A stretch of DNA of 63,722 nucleotides, counting the filler, from Microthyrium microscopicum (taxonomy: Eukaryota): assembly GCA_010405405.1 (NCBI GenBank). It is 26 parts of 25 records of this genome, joined end to end, with 100 filler letters (N's around TTAATTAATTAA, not from the genome) between each part and the next. Parts side by side here need not be neighbours in the genome. Positions count along the whole stretch, not along the records: positions 59,419 to 60,809 come from MU004274.1; positions 60,910 to 62,266 come from MU004275.1; positions 62,367 to 63,722 come from MU004276.1; 23 more parts are not named here. One strand, written 5' to 3'. The translations under genes and the position numbers were made by a program. The notes beneath the pieces were generated by a model. That model was given only the letters and a program-made list of their open reading frames with translations, did not search any database and was not told where the DNA came from. Of this stretch, positions 59,863 to 63,722 are shown piece after piece (position 1 is the stretch's first letter; every line of letters starts with the position of its first letter).

Positions 59863-62800
59863 TTAGGTAACTTTAAAACTAACCCCTCTTTTTACCTACT
59901 TCCTCTTTATCTATTAATAAATAGCTAGAATAATAGACTAAGATTCCTTTTGCCTAATAACTACTAGATAGGATAAAGAAACGTTCTCTAAGGGCTTTAC
60001 TTATAAGAACGTAGAAGCGCACTTTACGTATATTAACTAATAATAGATAGAGCTATAGAACTACTTAGACATATCCTAGGAGGTAACTAATAATAGCTTA
60101 TAATAAGTAATAAATAGCATTTTATTGCTTAATAATATGCTTAATTTATCTATCTTATAATTATATATAACTACTACTAGTTATAGATAAGCCTTATAAT
60201 AACTAAATAGGTTAATTAGCAAAATTTATATATAATTAAACGAGAATATATAATAGATTATAGTAGTTTATACTAAACTTTAGGCCTAAGTTAATAGCTA
60301 GAATAAATAGCTTACTAATATCTATACTAATAGTAAAATCCTTATATAATAAGTAAATAATATTACTTATAAGATACTAACCTAGTAGTAGTAGTAGGAA
60401 TAAGAATAACTCTAAAGGAAATTTATAATGCCTAGCATAACTCTTTCTTTAATACTAGCTATACTCTTTACTAGAGAAACCTTTAACTATAGCTACTACC
60501 CTTCTCTAATTCTATAAGCTAATTCTCCTTAAACTCTAATTATAATAGCTAGATTAGTAGCCCCTCCTCTACCTTCTCTAATAAATTCTTTAGCTACCTA
60601 ATATAAGCTACTTTAACTACTACTATAAAATCTCTAATTAGCTCTCCTAAACCTAGAATAATATTTATATAAGGACCTAACCTTTTATCCTAGTTTTTGC
60701 TAAATAATTAAAGCAAAATTATATATTAATAAATAAATTTATATAAATAACTATGCCTAAATCTACTATGTATTTAGCTAGCTTATAGAAGACGCTACCT
60801 AATAAGTCCNNNNNNNNNNNNNNNNNNNNNNNNNNNNNNNNNNNNNNNNNNNNTTAATTAATTAANNNNNNNNNNNNNNNNNNNNNNNNNNNNNNNNNNN
60901 NNNNNNNNNTATTTATAAATTCTAGAATATAATTTAATTATTTGCTTACTCTAAGTTCTATAGCTTATTATATAATCTATAAACTATTTAAATATTTATA
61001 TACTTATACTATATACTCTAGAATTTACTTCTAAAGAAGTACCTATATAGATTAATATCTTACGTATATAGTCTTAAACCTTATTAAAGATCCTTTATAG
61101 ATTTACTAAATCTATTAGCTCTACTAACTCCTTATTTAATTAGAGTATTAGGATTCCTTAATACTTTTTAACCTATTAATAGTCTAAGTATTAATTATTC
61201 CTTATTCTTAGTTCTATAGAATACTAAAGTTTATCTTCTATATTACTACTAAATATTTATAATTATACTTAATATACTTACTATTAAAATATACTAAATA
61301 AATAAGTATTCCCTCCTAGTACTCTTCTTTATTATTTATAACTATAGCTAATAAGGCTTCTATCTAATAGGCTTAAATATAAGATAGCTATCTAGCTTAT
61401 TTACTATTCCTAGTTACTTATACTTAGCCTAATAACTAGCACTAATCTTAGTCTTTTATATACTTATATTACTCTTCTTTATTACGTTACTCTTTTACTA
61501 TATATACTAAATATTAAAGTAGACCTAATACTTAGGATATAGTATAACTAAATACTACCTAGAAGATAATAGATTTAGTAGAGAGTATATTAGGACTATT
61601 AAAACTACTAGAACTAGATTTAAGAGCGTTATTAGAAAATAAAGATAAGTTAAAAGATAATTATCTACTAGAATAAGGCTATAAAGGTAAAGAAACTAAA
61701 GTATTAGAAGACGCTCCTTAAAATACTAGTTAAATAACTTTACTAAACTAAATAAATATAAGAGAAAACTAACTTTTAGCTCTTTTTTAACCTAATAATA
61801 ATACTAGACTTTCTCTTAAAATATATAAATAGCTAATAGAATTACGCTAGTAAGTTAAAGGTCTTAAAATACTACTTATATTAATATTTTACTACCCTAT
61901 AGTAGTAAACCTTAATCGTCTAGTTACTCTAATTATTAATAAGAACCCTTTAATTTTCTAAGCTACTTAAGTATAAAAAATGCCTAGTAAAGAAAGTAAT
62001 AAGCTAAAAGACATAGGAATATACCTTTATTATAAAGAGAAATAATTAGATCTTTACTACTACTCTTACTACTTAATTAAATTAAATATAGACCTAGAAT
62101 ATTTACTAAAAGGAAAGTTTATACTAAATAACTTAATTATATAGCTCTATACCTTATTATTAGCTTTCTAGACTATAGCCTACCTCTTTAAAATTAAGTA
62201 AAATATAAATACTTATAATATAAACTTAATTTATACTCTCTAAGAAAAAGCTCTTAAAGCTTAAGANNNNNNNNNNNNNNNNNNNNNNNNNNNNNNNNNN
62301 NNNNNNNNNNTTAATTAATTAANNNNNNNNNNNNNNNNNNNNNNNNNNNNNNNNNNNNNNNNNNNNACTAAAAGATTAATTTCTTAGAATTATTCTATAA
62401 AACTATTATTATTAGATTCGTCTTATTAAGACTATTATAATAGTATAACTTTTAACTAGACGTAAGTAATAGCTAGCGCTATAGAGATAAATAAAGATTT
62501 ATAGTAAATAGCTATTATTATTATAGAGGCTACCTATATTAAAAATAAAGTAATATAGAAATAAAAAGATAACCTAAAACTACTACTTATAGAAGTATAA
62601 AAAGAAATTAAAGTATTATTAGGAAGACTTATATCTAAAGAGAAAGATTTAATATAACTATTTCTTAATTAGCTAATAGCTAATTTTATATAATACTATA
62701 TATTCTTTATTATAGTATAAGACTATGTTAAATAACTAGTATTCTACCTAGCTCTAATTATAAATAAGGCTTCTCTATTAATATGCCTTAAAGCGTATCT

Positions 62801-63722
62801 TAACTAAAAACTTAATATAATTATAAAGTAAATTACTAAGATTAAAATAATTCCTAACTCCTAAGTAAAGGTTATAAAAGGACCTAACCTACTAATCCTT
62901 AACTAAAAGGCCTTCTTTATAAGCTTAATAGTCTAAATTAATATTATAAAAGTAATTAAAAATATATTAAAGGAAGATAAGTAAGATAAGATAAAGCTAT
63001 TTAAAAAGATTAAGAAAACTATCTTATAGGTAATAGCTATTAAGCTACTACCTAGTAAAAACGTTAATATTATAGTTAATATATAATTAGATAAGGACTA
63101 TATCTAAAATAGGCTATACTAAGTAGGCTTAGATAAGGTCTAAGTTCTATAATAAAACTATCTAGTAGAGATCCTAAAGGCTCTACTTAAACTAAACGTA
63201 GCCTATAATAAAAATATAGATATATTAGCAAAAGTTAAGCTCTGCTAGCAGTCTTAGCAGGTGCCTACTAGGACCTACTAGGACGTTAGTCTATTAGTCT
63301 ATATCTAATATATTAGGTTAACTTGTTACCTAAGAACTAGCAGGTTAGGAGCCATTTTTTGGTAGGAGAATAGGGATCTTGGCTTGGCAAGGAATATCAA
63401 AATTAATAACGAGATTTTCTAAGTCTAACCTTCTCTTATAGATTACTATCTATCTAGCCTAATATGAATACTATCCTTTTGCCTATAAGTAAAAATAACG
63501 AGTTTAATAGGTATTTTAAAAGAACTAGCTAAATCCGTTAAGGTTTTATAAAGTTAGTAAGAGTAGAAGATATAAAACGCTACTTAAACTTTAGGTTATT
63601 AAGCTACACTTTTTATATCTAGGCTATACTTAGTAATAAGGCTTTAATAATCTATAACCTATATATAATAATACTCGTCTTAACGAGCTCTATCTAATGG
63701 TGTTACTTATATTATTATAGCT

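Larger units (their letters stand above)
24404..63722. repeat. 22 short contigs of RIP-mutated repetitive DNA
   Basis: AT-rich and CpA/TpG depleted, separated by linkers. Several contain recognisable transposon relics listed separately; the rest I could not assign. Confidence 0.85.

Overview
This window is not one contiguous locus. It is a concatenation of 26 contigs joined by an artificial 100-bp linker (44 N + TTAATTAATTAA + 44 N), with contigs in decreasing size order from 27616 onward. It most likely comes from a filamentous ascomycete. About 47 kb is extremely AT-rich DNA depleted of CpA/TpG and rich in TpA, the signature of Repeat-Induced Point mutation (RIP). Reading through the RIP damage reveals relics of a hAT DNA transposon, Tad1-like LINE ORF1/endonuclease and RT, a chromodomain-bearing Ty3/gypsy pol, a second Ty1/copia family, a MITE-like element, and satellites, including a 194-bp monomer with a 583-bp higher-order period. 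The only intact coding sequence is an un-RIPed Ty1/copia LTR retrotransposon (reconstructed length about 6.76 kb). It appears twice as reverse-complement contigs (10855-17559 and 17660-24303), and the head-to-head arrangement is an assembly artefact. The element has several unusual features: 154-bp LTRs ending TG...TA instead of TG...CA; a half-tRNAiMet (Ty5/copia-type) primer-binding site; a 740-bp leader that looks like an internal promoter; a long N-terminal Gag extension; a non-canonical CHHC-type knuckle; two internal PPT copies; and tandem 3' hairpins. I could not recognise any host genes, RNA genes or CRISPR arrays.
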